DNA of 64,000 nt, taken from assembly GCA_021613535.1 (NCBI GenBank), contig CP075494.1, positions 11,532,001 to 11,596,000 of the forward strand, in the 5' to 3' direction. A model generated the notes under the pieces. It was not told the origin of the DNA. It made no database searches and saw nothing but the letters and a program-made list of their open reading frames with translations. Below, piece after piece: positions 43,601 to 55,504 of this stretch. The stretch comes from Adineta vaga. Taxonomy: Eukaryota > Animalia > Rotifera. The number at the start of each line of letters is the position of its first letter. The stretch's first letter is position 1. A program made the translations under genes and the position numbers.

Positions 43601-46600
43601 TCAACATGATAATTCTATGGACATGAAGGCATCGGATACAACGAAAGTGGATGAACATGAAGATGTGAACGTAATGAAGCAGTTGACACCGCCTAAGCAT
43701 GATGCAGCTATAAAGTTGGACGATGTGAACCCATTAGATGACGAATTAAGATCTTGGATAGATGATCTTCTGCGCAAAATCTTACTGTCCAATCGATCAA
43801 TATTGCATACGGATTCTTTGAAAGCGACGATAGAGGAAGATGAACAACCGACAGATACTGACCTGCGAAATTGGATCGATAGTATGCTCCATAAAATTTC
43901 ACAATCCATTCGATTAAAAGTGTTGAATGAAAAAGACAAGTCACCTTTAATTATCGGTCAGAAGAAAGAGACAGAAGATGAAATTGATGAATCAACTGTA
44001 TCCGTACCAGTGATATCTCATGAATTCGATACTGTTAAGTTAACGCAATACTTATCAGCAGAAGAGAACATCATTCATCCAACAGATGCTGAGCTAAGAA
44101 ATTGGATCGAAAGTTTACTTCGAGAAATTTCACTATCGAATCAAGCTCAACGTCAGAATGTGGAACATATTACACATACGACACTAACTTCTGAAGTAAT
44201 AACAACAAACGATCTACTTCAAGATAATCAACTTACTACTACAAGAAAAATCGAGCAGAAAAAACTGGCTATTCAAGATCGACCTGATCAACATTCTTTC
44301 GCTAGAGAAACGGATGAAACAACAGTAGACAAAGATTCAAATCTGGCAGATGATGACATTCAACGTTGGATCAATGATTTATTACGTAAACTTTCTTTAT
44401 CTACTAAAACAGATCTGGACAATGAAGAAAAATTAATACCTTCACGCGGGAATAGCATTGGTGAAGATGACAAGACATTAGAAAACTCAGTATCGGATGA
44501 AGATTTGAAAGGTTGGCTTAAACATCTCCTCGATCATATACGTTCAGCAGATGAAATAAAATTTAATAAACAATATGAAACCCTAGACCATTCCACATGT
44601 TTACTGGAATCAAACACGGATTGGGAACTGAAGAAAACGAAAGATAGTGCACACAATCACGATAGTATATTTTCTGAAGAGACGGTACTTGCCAACAATG
44701 ATCATACTTTACCGAATTCTGTTATTGAGTTGGTTAATGAGATAGATGGCGATGGATCGATGACAACAACAACGGCTGGAACTATACTCAATGTTCCATC
44801 AAAAAACTTGCCTGATGATGTTATAGAAGCAGTTGTAGAACGTGATATCGATACAATGGTATTATCGCTTGCGACTGAACATAAGTCTGATATATTTATT
44901 TCGGAGAGATTTGAACATCATTGTCAAAATACGGTCCAAGATATCATTCCGCCATCAGTTATGGATATTATTGATGAGCTAACTGGAAACGTGGAAGCAA
45001 ACAAAGATGAAAATACATTAGTCAAACACGATGTTCTTGCTCTTTCCTCGTCACCACCTAGTGAACAATCTGTGAAAATAAATACAACGGAATCTATAAA
45101 TATAGAATCAATACCAGAGACCGTGGTACTTGATTGTTCTTTCCGAAATAGTATGGACTTTGTTGAAAAAATGTCGACTGATCATTCATCAAAAAATTCT
45201 GATAACTACGCTTGTTCTCCATTGGAACAAACATCATTGGCAGAGAACGAACCATCAATAGATGACGATTTAAGAAGTTGGATCAATGATTTACTGTATC
45301 AAATTTCACTATCAAAACAACCCGATGAGAACGATGAGAACGATCTACGAGATTGGCTTACGCATCTACTTCATCAAATATCTCAATCGAATCAAACAGA
45401 ACTACATGAAGATAAGCAAAGGTTATTAGAAGACGACGAACTGCCAGCAGATGTTGATTTAAAAAATTGGATCGACGATTTACTTTGGCAAATTGTTCTG
45501 CCAAAGCAGCCTGGTGCGCACGACGAGAAGAGCACACTAGTAGAAAATGAAGTGGACCCTACTGATGACGATCTCAGAAGCTGGCTTACGCAACTACTGC
45601 GTCAAATATCTCAATCAAATGAAACAGAATCACATGCCGAGAACAATATAGGTGAACTATCTTATTTAAACGTTCCTGAACAGATAGTATTAGAGGACGA
45701 CGAACTATCGATAGATGACGATTTAAGAAATTGGATCAATGATTTACTGTATCAAATTTCACTATCAAAACAACCCGATGAGAACGATGAGAACGATCTA
45801 CGAGATTGGCTTGTGCATCTACTTCATCAAATATCTCAATCGAATCAAACAGAATTATATGAAGATAATATGGATGAACTATCTTCCTTAAACGCTTCTG
45901 AACAAATGATAGACAAGGATCTAAGGGACTGGATCAATCATTTACTTCGTCAAATTTTCTTCTTAAACGAAACAGAATTAAACGATAAAGGCGATGGTTC
46001 ATTGTCAGTCAATAGTAATAACTTTTCTACTCAATATTCGATAAATGCAGAATCGGATGAAAATATGAAAGAATGGCTAGATAATCTGTTTGATCGGATG
46101 ATTATCAACGATGAAAAGAAAGATTTTCCAATTTTAGTTGCAGACAATTCTGATCAAACTAGTCTGAAATCCATTACAATCGAAACATTTCGAACAACAA
46201 TAACAATTGTAGAACATGGTGTAAACTTCAAGGAGAATTCAGATACTGAAGATTCCTTAGAAGAACTTATCGATGGACTAACATCTTCACGGTCAACATC
46301 AATATCGAGCGTTGAAGAGAAAGAAATAAACGAATTGATGCACATTTATAATCAAGTGAGCGACTCTTTAGTTGACAGTATATTCGAAAGTCTGCATATT
46401 TCTCGAAATACAACAGCAGATTCTCTATACAAAGAACTAGAAGATAATGATAATCCAGAAGAAACGGTGAATTTATATGCAGAAATCATAGCCGAACGTA
46501 TTCGGTTAGATGTAATTAGTGATATAGATTCAATATTCAGTGATCCATCTATGGTAACTTCAATGTCCGATAGTGACAGTATATCAGATAGTGATGGCTT

Positions 46601-47069
46601 AACTTATCATACAGCTGATGAAGCATTATTCGAAACAAGAGATGGACGATCAGGAACTCAATCAACACTGGCTGATTATATGTCATTTACGGATGAAATA
46701 AGAACTGATGACGATTATACCGATGAGGATGAGGATGAGGATGAGGATGAACTACTTGAAAGCTTGCCAGATGGTATTGCATTGTATGCGAATCTTTTAT
46801 CATACAAATTGGTAAAATCTGCTATATATTTATACAAAAGCCAGTTGAATGAATTATTAGCAATGAATGAAACTTCTCAAGCAGAACTAACTCCCACTCT
46901 TGATGATAAAGTTCGCTCGAGAAACGTCTTCATTCCTATAAAATCGAATCCTGAAGATTCTTCGAAAAATTCAACTAATCATAAACTAGTACGTGAAGAT
47001 ACGTTAACAGAAACGAATTCTGATGAATCATTCGATGAGCAGAAGAAAACAAACTCTTTTGTACCATAA
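34614..47069 (+). CDS. Giant transglutaminase-fold pseudoenzyme with a ~3,300-aa repetitive C-terminal extension
   Basis: TG N-domain N..EHLT..Y...LVLRRGRTF; core FLFDPW...EYVMNEHGQIYLG...PWYFGQFE; CRSLGIPCRIVT; WNECWLHRTDLP...GWQ; IGPCSV. About 10 short exons splice in frame into a 37058-47069 terminal exon. The start codon is uncertain. Confidence 0.85.
38950..42720 (+). repeat. Coding hierarchical tandem repeat (75-bp / 25-aa monomers, 300-bp higher-order unit; near-perfect core 39283-40986)
   Basis: Sequence lines 39301, 39601, 39901, 40201, 40501 and 40801 are identical; ~5.7 units of 300 bp; degenerate monomers on both flanks. Confidence 0.97.
43731..46110 (+). repeat. Dispersed coding repeat D-x-D-L-R-x-W-[IL]-x-x-L-L-x-x-I-S (13 copies)
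   Basis: Seen directly in the translation; includes a DNA-level duplication, ~45255-45415 vs ~45708-45868. Confidence 0.9.
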
Positions 47070-47476
47070 CAACTAATACTATACAAATAAATTTATATTT
47101 AGCAATTTTCAATCAAATCAATACTTTTTTTCTATTCAGTATCATTGTTTTGCTAAAAAAAAAGTTGAATCGGATAAAACAGAATGAAAATGGTTTCAAG
47201 AAAAATAGCAATGATATAGGCAACATACATGCATAGAAAAGTTGAAGGAAAAAAAGAGGAAATTGCATGTTCAATTATTAAAGTTTCTCTCTCTCTCTCT
47301 TATCGCTATTAGTTAGTGAAGTAAAAATACAGGAAAGAACATTTTTTTTTTCTTATATGTTATTTGTAGTGCAAAGAATAAACGTTTCATATTGATGCTC
47401 TACATATAATATATACAACACAAAACATCTTGATTTCAAACGTTCCCAACTTCGAACAAATTGAGCATTATTAAAG

Positions 47477-49388
47477 ATGGTAAGTTAAAACTTAGTGTTT
47501 TGACAAAATGTGGGAGTTTGATCTAATTCAAAATGGCAATATATCTAAAAATATAATAAAAAAGAAACGAGAGAACACGGAAGTTTAGTAAAATTTTGAT
47601 AGCTTCAAGGATCGATTATTTTAGACTAATGGAAACTATATCTTTTCTTAATGAAAGAAATACTACGTGTAATTTTGGTTTTAGAAATCAGCAAATGATA
47701 ATCAACAATCAACTGAACATGAAGATTCGATGACTATGATTGTAAGTCTTAAATCTTCACTACGAAAAATCTTGTTTTTATCTTAAGTAACTTTTTATTC
47801 TATTCAAATTAGACGAAAGAAGGAAATAAATAAAAAGACTCTTTAAACTTCTTAGCCTATATTAATAAGTGATTAAAAACAAGTTAGAAGAAAGCAAATA
47901 TCTTATTTATTTTCTTTGTAGTTATCCGAATGTCTAATACAACAGAATGACAAACCACTATCAAATCGATTACAAATGTCTTTGACATCATCTTTGACTG
48001 AAACTTATAGACCAACGACAACGTCTGCTGTTCTTGAAGAAAGTATTCGACGAACAGTCTCATCAGGTATCAGATCTACAGTAATTTCTCCTTCACCAAT
48101 ACCATTGCGCACACGATCATGTTTTCAATTACATTCATTAATATTCAAAAATGAACAACAAATTGTTCAACAATCTACTATCGTGAATACATCGAGTACA
48201 AATCAAATTAATATTAGTCCAAGAACAAATGTATCCTTTGAAACAACAGTGACTGATCAGGATGAAGCAAAAAAATACCAATCAACTGTAATTTATAAAT
48301 AATATCTTCTATATAGAATCATTCTTTATTTATTATGATTTTAGACGAATATTTCTCAACGTCATTCCAAAACTCGACGATTTAAATCAGGAAAGAAATG
48401 CAAAGACATAGAACACGATATGGAACGAACCAAAGATATCGATCAATCTTCTTCGATGATTTCAACCGGAAACTATGATTATAAAAGTCCGTTTACAAAA
48501 GAATATGATCTAGCTATTCTCTCACAAGCACAATTCGCCACTAATAATAGTTATACTAATGAATGGAATTTAAAAGATTTTTATCGTGATGTCAAAACGC
48601 CATTTGAACTACATACAAATACCAAAGACGTATTTGAAAAATGCCTTAAATTAGCTAGGTAATTTTATTCAGTTATTAGCAAATGTTGTTTACCAGTTTC
48701 TTTTTTCTCTTAAAACTATTTATAATTATGAGAAGTGCTTTAAAATGATTATTTATATACGGTCAAATCTATTATTCATCAATAGTTATTAATTTAAAAT
48801 GAGAGCAGAAAATATTTTTTACTAATTAAATTTTGAAAAGTAATAATGGATTCTTTTAGATTACAAGCCATAACAATCAAATGGGAACAACGTCGACGTC
48901 CTAATGAAACAACATATAATCGTTCGATAAAATCTGCTGCATCAGATCGTACTACAACATTAAGTTTAAGTAGTACTATATCATCGAAAACGACTTATAA
49001 TGAAAAGGATATTCAAGAAATTGGCGAAATAAAACATGATTTACGTTGTAATGAATGTAAACGTTTCCTATGTGCTGGTAATTGTATCGGTCCATCAGCA
49101 GCAGCATCAGCAGCAGCAAATATGCGTGATTCACTGCAACGAAAACTTCATTCTCGTTCAGCACGAACAGTAGCTACTCATTTACGTCCTCGTACAACAC
49201 AACATACATCACGTGAAATCAAATCAAAATCCGTAAATTCTGTTGTTCTTACACCATCTTTTACTAATGAATCACAAATGAAACGTTCACCAACACAATT
49301 TAATAATGGTTTTCTTCCTGGAAAATTAATTCGTACACATCGTCAAGAAACATTAGCATTGATTACTACACAGAAAATTTCAAGCTAG
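47477..49388 (+). CDS. Uncharacterised S/T/R-rich protein with a CxxCxxxxCxGxC motif
   Basis: Exons 47477-79, 47685-47741, 47922-48288, 48345-48658 and 48861-49388 splice in frame; motif LRCNECKRFLCAGNC; no family recognised. Confidence 0.65.
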
Positions 49389-49399
49389 TATTATTTTCT

Positions 49400-52300
49400 T
49401 TTTCTATGCAAAACAAAAAAACTAAATAAATTTGTAAATATTTCTTATTATAAAAATATCCAATCTCGTTTATTTCTATTCAATACTGTTGTTATTATTG
49501 TTTTATCTTTCTTCAGTTTTTCTTTTCTCATCCACTTGGGATATACAGATTAGATCTCATATATATACAAATCTAATTGAGAGTGGAAACGCGATCGCCT
49601 TTGTTCCATTCGTCGACTATCATATATAAAGTGTCTCGCGATAAGAACAACACTTTTTTTTCCTATCTGACTTTCTCGTTGCCATTATGTCACTCATTGA
49701 CAGATAGCTAATGAGCACACACACACACACACACACAGATATATCAAATGACGGCTCTGTGTTTGTAGTCGAAAGGTTGAATCGATTGTCATTGTGCATG
49801 CACAAATTTGAGTGGCACAAATTAGTATACAACTATCAGATGAAAAAAGGACACCGAATATATACATTTTAAAGCACAACTGTTCAAGTAAATCTTTGAT
49901 CCTTCTATTCTGAAGATAGATCAATTGAAAAAAATACATTCGATTCATTTATCTTATGTAAAAACAATATGTCTTGTATGTACCGAAGAAGAAAAAGAAG
50001 TATGTGCGACATAAGAATAATTATTGAGAACAAACTAATATGTAATATAATCGTTTTCTTCATTAATGTGCTTATTTGTGCATAGAAGAAAGAAGACAGG
50101 GACAAACAAATAACAACATCAGGTATCTTTCTTCGTTTTCAAAAGATGCTTTTATAGAAATACATATGGATTTATCATTTGATCATCAATGTTTATATAC
50201 ACTAGCTCAAATATGAAGACTAACTTTCAAAAGATCAAATTGCATAAGCATAAGTGCCTCTAGGAATATTCTAAGCAGCATAGAACATCATCCATGGTAG
50301 TGTGCATTTAGCCTCAAGGCTCTTGACACTGCGCGAGCGTGCTCTCTCTCTCTCTCTTTTCTTTAGCTGTACAATGAGATAACAAGAAGAGAAAAAGAAA
50401 GAAGAATTCACGATGGCATGAAGGATAAGACAGTCTAAAATATGCCTTGAAGAAGATCTGTAATCGATAGGATGGATAATGAGAGCAACACTTGCTCTTT
50501 TATTCATTCTTGCTTGCTTGCTATCGCAATTCAGAACTTAGTTCTTTATCTAACAATAGTTGCTTGTATATGCAAGAAAAAATGTTTATCAATATATATA
50601 TATTAAGTAAACATACTATGGATTGATCTTATTTTGACTGAAATTATAAAATGAAATGTCTTTTTTTTCTCTCTTACTTTTGGTTTTACAAGACGTGACA
50701 ACTGTCAGTTTGAAGAGTGCGAAAGAAAGTGAAAGTAACAGCTGTGATAGCACTACTTCTACTTATTAATATAGAATGATGAGATGTAAGTAAGAATGAA
50801 TCAATGAGGAAATCTACTGTCTTGTCTAACATGAACATGAACAATAATAACAAAAATCATAATCGATAACTTGACTAAATTAAGTTAATTATCAAGTATA
50901 TATATACAAATAGGATTGAAGTTTTGTCTGATTTCTAGGCAAGACAATGATAGCACATTGATCGTTAAATGATGTTCTTTCTCACTGTCTATCTGTCTCT
51001 TTCTCTTTAAATACTTCTTTCCTTCTTTTCTTGCCTTCTCGTTCTCGGTCAAATGACAACAATCATCATCAATGTTCTCTTTCTCTATATAGTATAAAAA
51101 GCTATGAAAGAAATAACCTCGATGATTATTATAAGCACTGTACCATCGCATTTTCTTTCTTCACTTTCACTGTCTGTGCAATCGCTTTCATATATTCAGT
51201 TGACAACAACAACAGTTGTCTTTACTGCTGCTGCCGCCGCCGTTGTCGTCATAATTCTCGAGCCGATGATAATAGGTAATTAGGTGCTATTGTTTTTATA
51301 CCATTATTCATCTTACTTACAGTCGTTTACTGACATTATTGCTCTTTTGTCTAATGTTTACAGCAATAATGTATTTAAAGAATAGAAATAGATGTATAAA
51401 TCAGAGAATTCGTATAAAGTAACGTTTTTTTCTTGAGAAAATTGTAGAAAATAAACTACAGGTAAAATACATGCTAGCCGTTTATCATAGAACTTTGATG
51501 ATAAAAACGATTATCGTTTGTTAATCCTGATATCTTTTTATCTTTCGAATTGAATTGACAAGTTAACGGAAATAATAGTTTTTCTTATTGTTTCTTATTG
51601 AAATTATTGTTTCTTGACGAAGTGTTTTATGCTCTGTTAATGACACATTTCTCTATTCGATATATATTTATGTGTATTCTTTGCATGAATGATAACAGGT
51701 CTAAGAGTGTGTCTTATCCTTTTGTCATTATCATCATTGTCAAAAATGATAATAGAAATAGGAATCTCCGGACAAAAGTGATATTGCCTAATCGACACAT
51801 CTTATGTTATCTTTTATCGACCTCGTAATAATCTCCTGTCGTTAGAGACTACAATAGAATTATTAGTTAGTCAGTCAGTTGAGTTTGACTTGTATGCAAG
51901 TCTTAATGCGTATCAATAAGCTTAGAGTGAGAGAAGGACAAGCAAACAGACGTTGCACAGATTATATTACAACAAATACTTAAAAAGAAAAAGGAAAAAG
52001 AGACAGAAGACGATAAAAGATATTCGTAAGAATAACAACACAGTAATGTTATTGTTTATGCTGATAGCAATGATTTTTTTATATGGTAAATGTAGCTTTA
52101 GCAAAATCGGACTCTCGATAACGATTAATATCTTAGATGTAAGTATACCTCGTTATATATATATATATATCTCAGACAAATATTATGATCTATGACTAGT
52201 ACTATTTGATGATAAATGAATGAGTAGCATGTATTGATGCAATCACTTTTTATTTCATCGGCACGTACTACACCGATTAACAATGAGAAGAAAAGAAATG

Positions 52301-55300
52301 AAAACTAACAGTGAAACATTGCATGAAATCTATATACATGCGCACTTCTCGCTTTCATAATAACACATGAGAATTTCTAGATGTGTGTGTATATATATAT
52401 ATATCTATTTATAGTTAATGAATAGGACGTGTGAGGACTATCAAAATTATCACAAACATATCTTTTGTATACACAACTAGTGATAGATTTACTTTATTAT
52501 ATGTAGTCTTTTATTGTAATAGGATCATCTATATATCTGATCAGATGCAATGTTATTTAATGAATGCAGATGTGAGTTCGTGCATGTCGATGAATTGTTA
52601 GAAAAAAAAAGAAACATATAGAAATAATTCAATGTCTTCGATCATTGATTTTAGTTCTTCATCTCTTGTAATTAATCTTCGTTGTGTCTAGTGATAGACA
52701 ATAAAGTGCAACTTGTTTTACAGTAATCTTATATTAGATTAATTGACCTATGATGATCATTTTTCTACATAAAATTTTTGACATCTATCTTCAATCGATA
52801 GAAGATAAACGAGAGCATATATCGTTGTCCATCTTTTCTGTACTTGTCAACAATACATACATACACTGTCATATACAATCTTGTAGAGCAAAGGAAAAAA
52901 AAGAAAGTTTCTTCATCAAAATACAAAGATAGATGAGAATTCGATCTATCGATCATAGATATGCTTGTCTTTTGTTATTTGTATAAAGGAGGAGATTTTG
53001 ACATTATGTAGGCATCGATGACGATAAAGTTTAAGAGAAATTTCGTTTTCTTTTTATGCATGATTTGATGATTAATATCTTGATCATGTTAACATCGAAC
53101 TCTTAGCCTTCAGAATATTGTTATTCTTGCAATAAATGCATATAATAATGTAAGATCAACAATATTTTACAATTATTGCGACTATATACTTCATTCTGTT
53201 ATTTGGTTTCGCATTGTATCGTCATACTGTATATATTAAGACATTGTAATACTACAAAGGAAAAAAGGTCAATAGAGTTTTATTACTTATACAATAAATG
53301 CTAATTTATTTCTGATTTGAACTTGTATTGAGACAGGTAAATGCTTCCTGTTTTATTTCTCTATATATGTAAATGATGACATCAACAATAGTTCTATTTT
53401 TCTTTCTATTCATTTAAATTTGATATGTAAGAAGAAAAAAAAAGCAAATTTCAACGGTAAAAATACATACTCATCAACACATCTTTGTTTTCTTTGTTTC
53501 GTGTTTTTCTTCTTCTCTGTCCTTCCTCATTTTCTATTCTATTGTCCTTGTGTAAATTGATGAAAGTATTCATATCATCACTAGTGACAATCAACCAACC
53601 AACCAAGCAAAGAAAAAGAAAATTAGCACCATATCATTATGAATAATAATTTTTGACAATTATTATGAGAAGCAGTAGGAAAGAGAAAACTCTTAATCCA
53701 AAATTCTCGAAACAAAAATCATTCTCTATTCGAAAAAAAAAGAAAAGAGAAAGAAACGGCTTCCAGTTAATGTCTATAATCGTTTCATTCTTTTTTTTTT
53801 CAATCATTCGTATGTGCACACGCCTATTTGCCTTGAAATCAGTATGTATAACGAGTTATTCCATTCATTCATCTAATAAGAAACAATACATTCATACCAC
53901 CTCCGGCATATATGTATATACGATGCTATACAAACCCTTCTGTTCTTGCTTGTTGGTACTATTGTCATTGAAAATCTTTTCAAGCGAATGGATATTGTCA
54001 CATCTACTTATGTGCCCATAATTTTCTACCTTTTTATTTCTTCAGCTTATTCATACTATTGCTTACAAGCATTTATATTTACTTAGAAATCATAATAGGT
54101 AGAATAAGTATGAAATTGTTGTATTCAATATCGACATTAGTTTTGCTTTTGTTTCTTTCTCTTTTTTTTTATAGTCGACGATAAAATAAGATTGTCCTAA
54201 ATGATTGACACAATCTTTTCGGCAATAAAGAATCAAAAGAGATAGGAAAAGACGATCTGTAACTTTAGTTCTTTCTTCTTGTTCTTTTGTATGATTCTCT
54301 TGTTAGAAAATAGATGAAGACAATAACAATAGAAAGAGATTGCACAGAATAGCTATTAGCACAAAGACTTTGTCGAATGTTTTAGTGACAAGTTATTGAA
54401 CAATTGACAGATTCTTATTCAAGTTTTTCTCCTTGAATCTGTCATGCATAAACACTTGTTAGTGAAGAGTAAGAAAAAATTAAATCAAATAATGTACAAA
54501 TGATAGAAGAGGTAAAGGGCGATTAACTTGACTGTTATGTATATCATTAGTGATGATAGTATGATCCTTTTCTTTTCTATTCCAGTTGTCTTTTTAGTAA
54601 AAATTACTTTTCTTTTCTTGCCTTCTCTCTCTCTCTCTCTGTGTCTTTTCACGGCACCTGATGACAAAAAAGATTTCATAATGCCATCGCTCATCAAATC
54701 TCGACGACTCGAGAATCGTTGTCTTTCTATTGTTTATGTTGTGCTGAGTCGGAAAAGAAAAAAAGAAGGAAAAAAAAGGAAAAGAGTGAGAGATGAATAG
54801 ACATAAAAGAGCGAGAATAAAACTCAAAGAAGACACAGTATAAGATATCTTTTTTTCTTTAAATAGTGTTTTTTTGTCAGACAAATGAATCTTTATATGT
54901 ATCTCTTATGTAGAAAATCAGTTTGTATGTTCATAATAACGATGATGTGTATTGTGTTGAGTATATGTATATAGATACACTGCGACGCAATTGAATATAG
55001 ATGATGATGTGAAATCGAGCGTAGAAAAAAGAGGAAGAAAAGAGAAGAGAGTATTGTGTCATGTAGAGGTAAAATACAAGTCTTGTCGTTGGTATACTAT
55101 TCGCTCAGTATATACTCCGAACAATAGATTCTTAATAGAAAAAGAAAGAAAGGAGAGAAAAGAAGGAAGAACGACTACTCACACACGCATACATAATCGT
55201 AGTGCCTAGGTGTATCCACCATAGCATTTATATGCATAATTACTATTGATGGTAATAAATTTTCTTTGTGCACTGTGTTGACGTTCGATTCGTCAAAGTA

Positions 55301-55473
55301 AAAAACAACAACAATAATGAAGCAAAGGAGAAAAATAGAAAAAAAATATTCGCGAAATTATTTCTCAACAACAATCACAAATGAATACTCATATACATAT
55401 ACACATTCATCTATTCTTTTGATTACACTGAAGGTAAATTCAATAGATATTGTATAACAGAGTAAGTAAGCTT

Positions 55474-55504
<31 letters not shown>

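Noticed and set aside
37068-47069. Treating the 3333-aa ORF as a standalone gene or transposon
   Set aside because: It starts at GTG just after a splice acceptor (37057), its first ~45 aa complete a TG C-terminal barrel, and it has no RT, integrase or transposase motifs.
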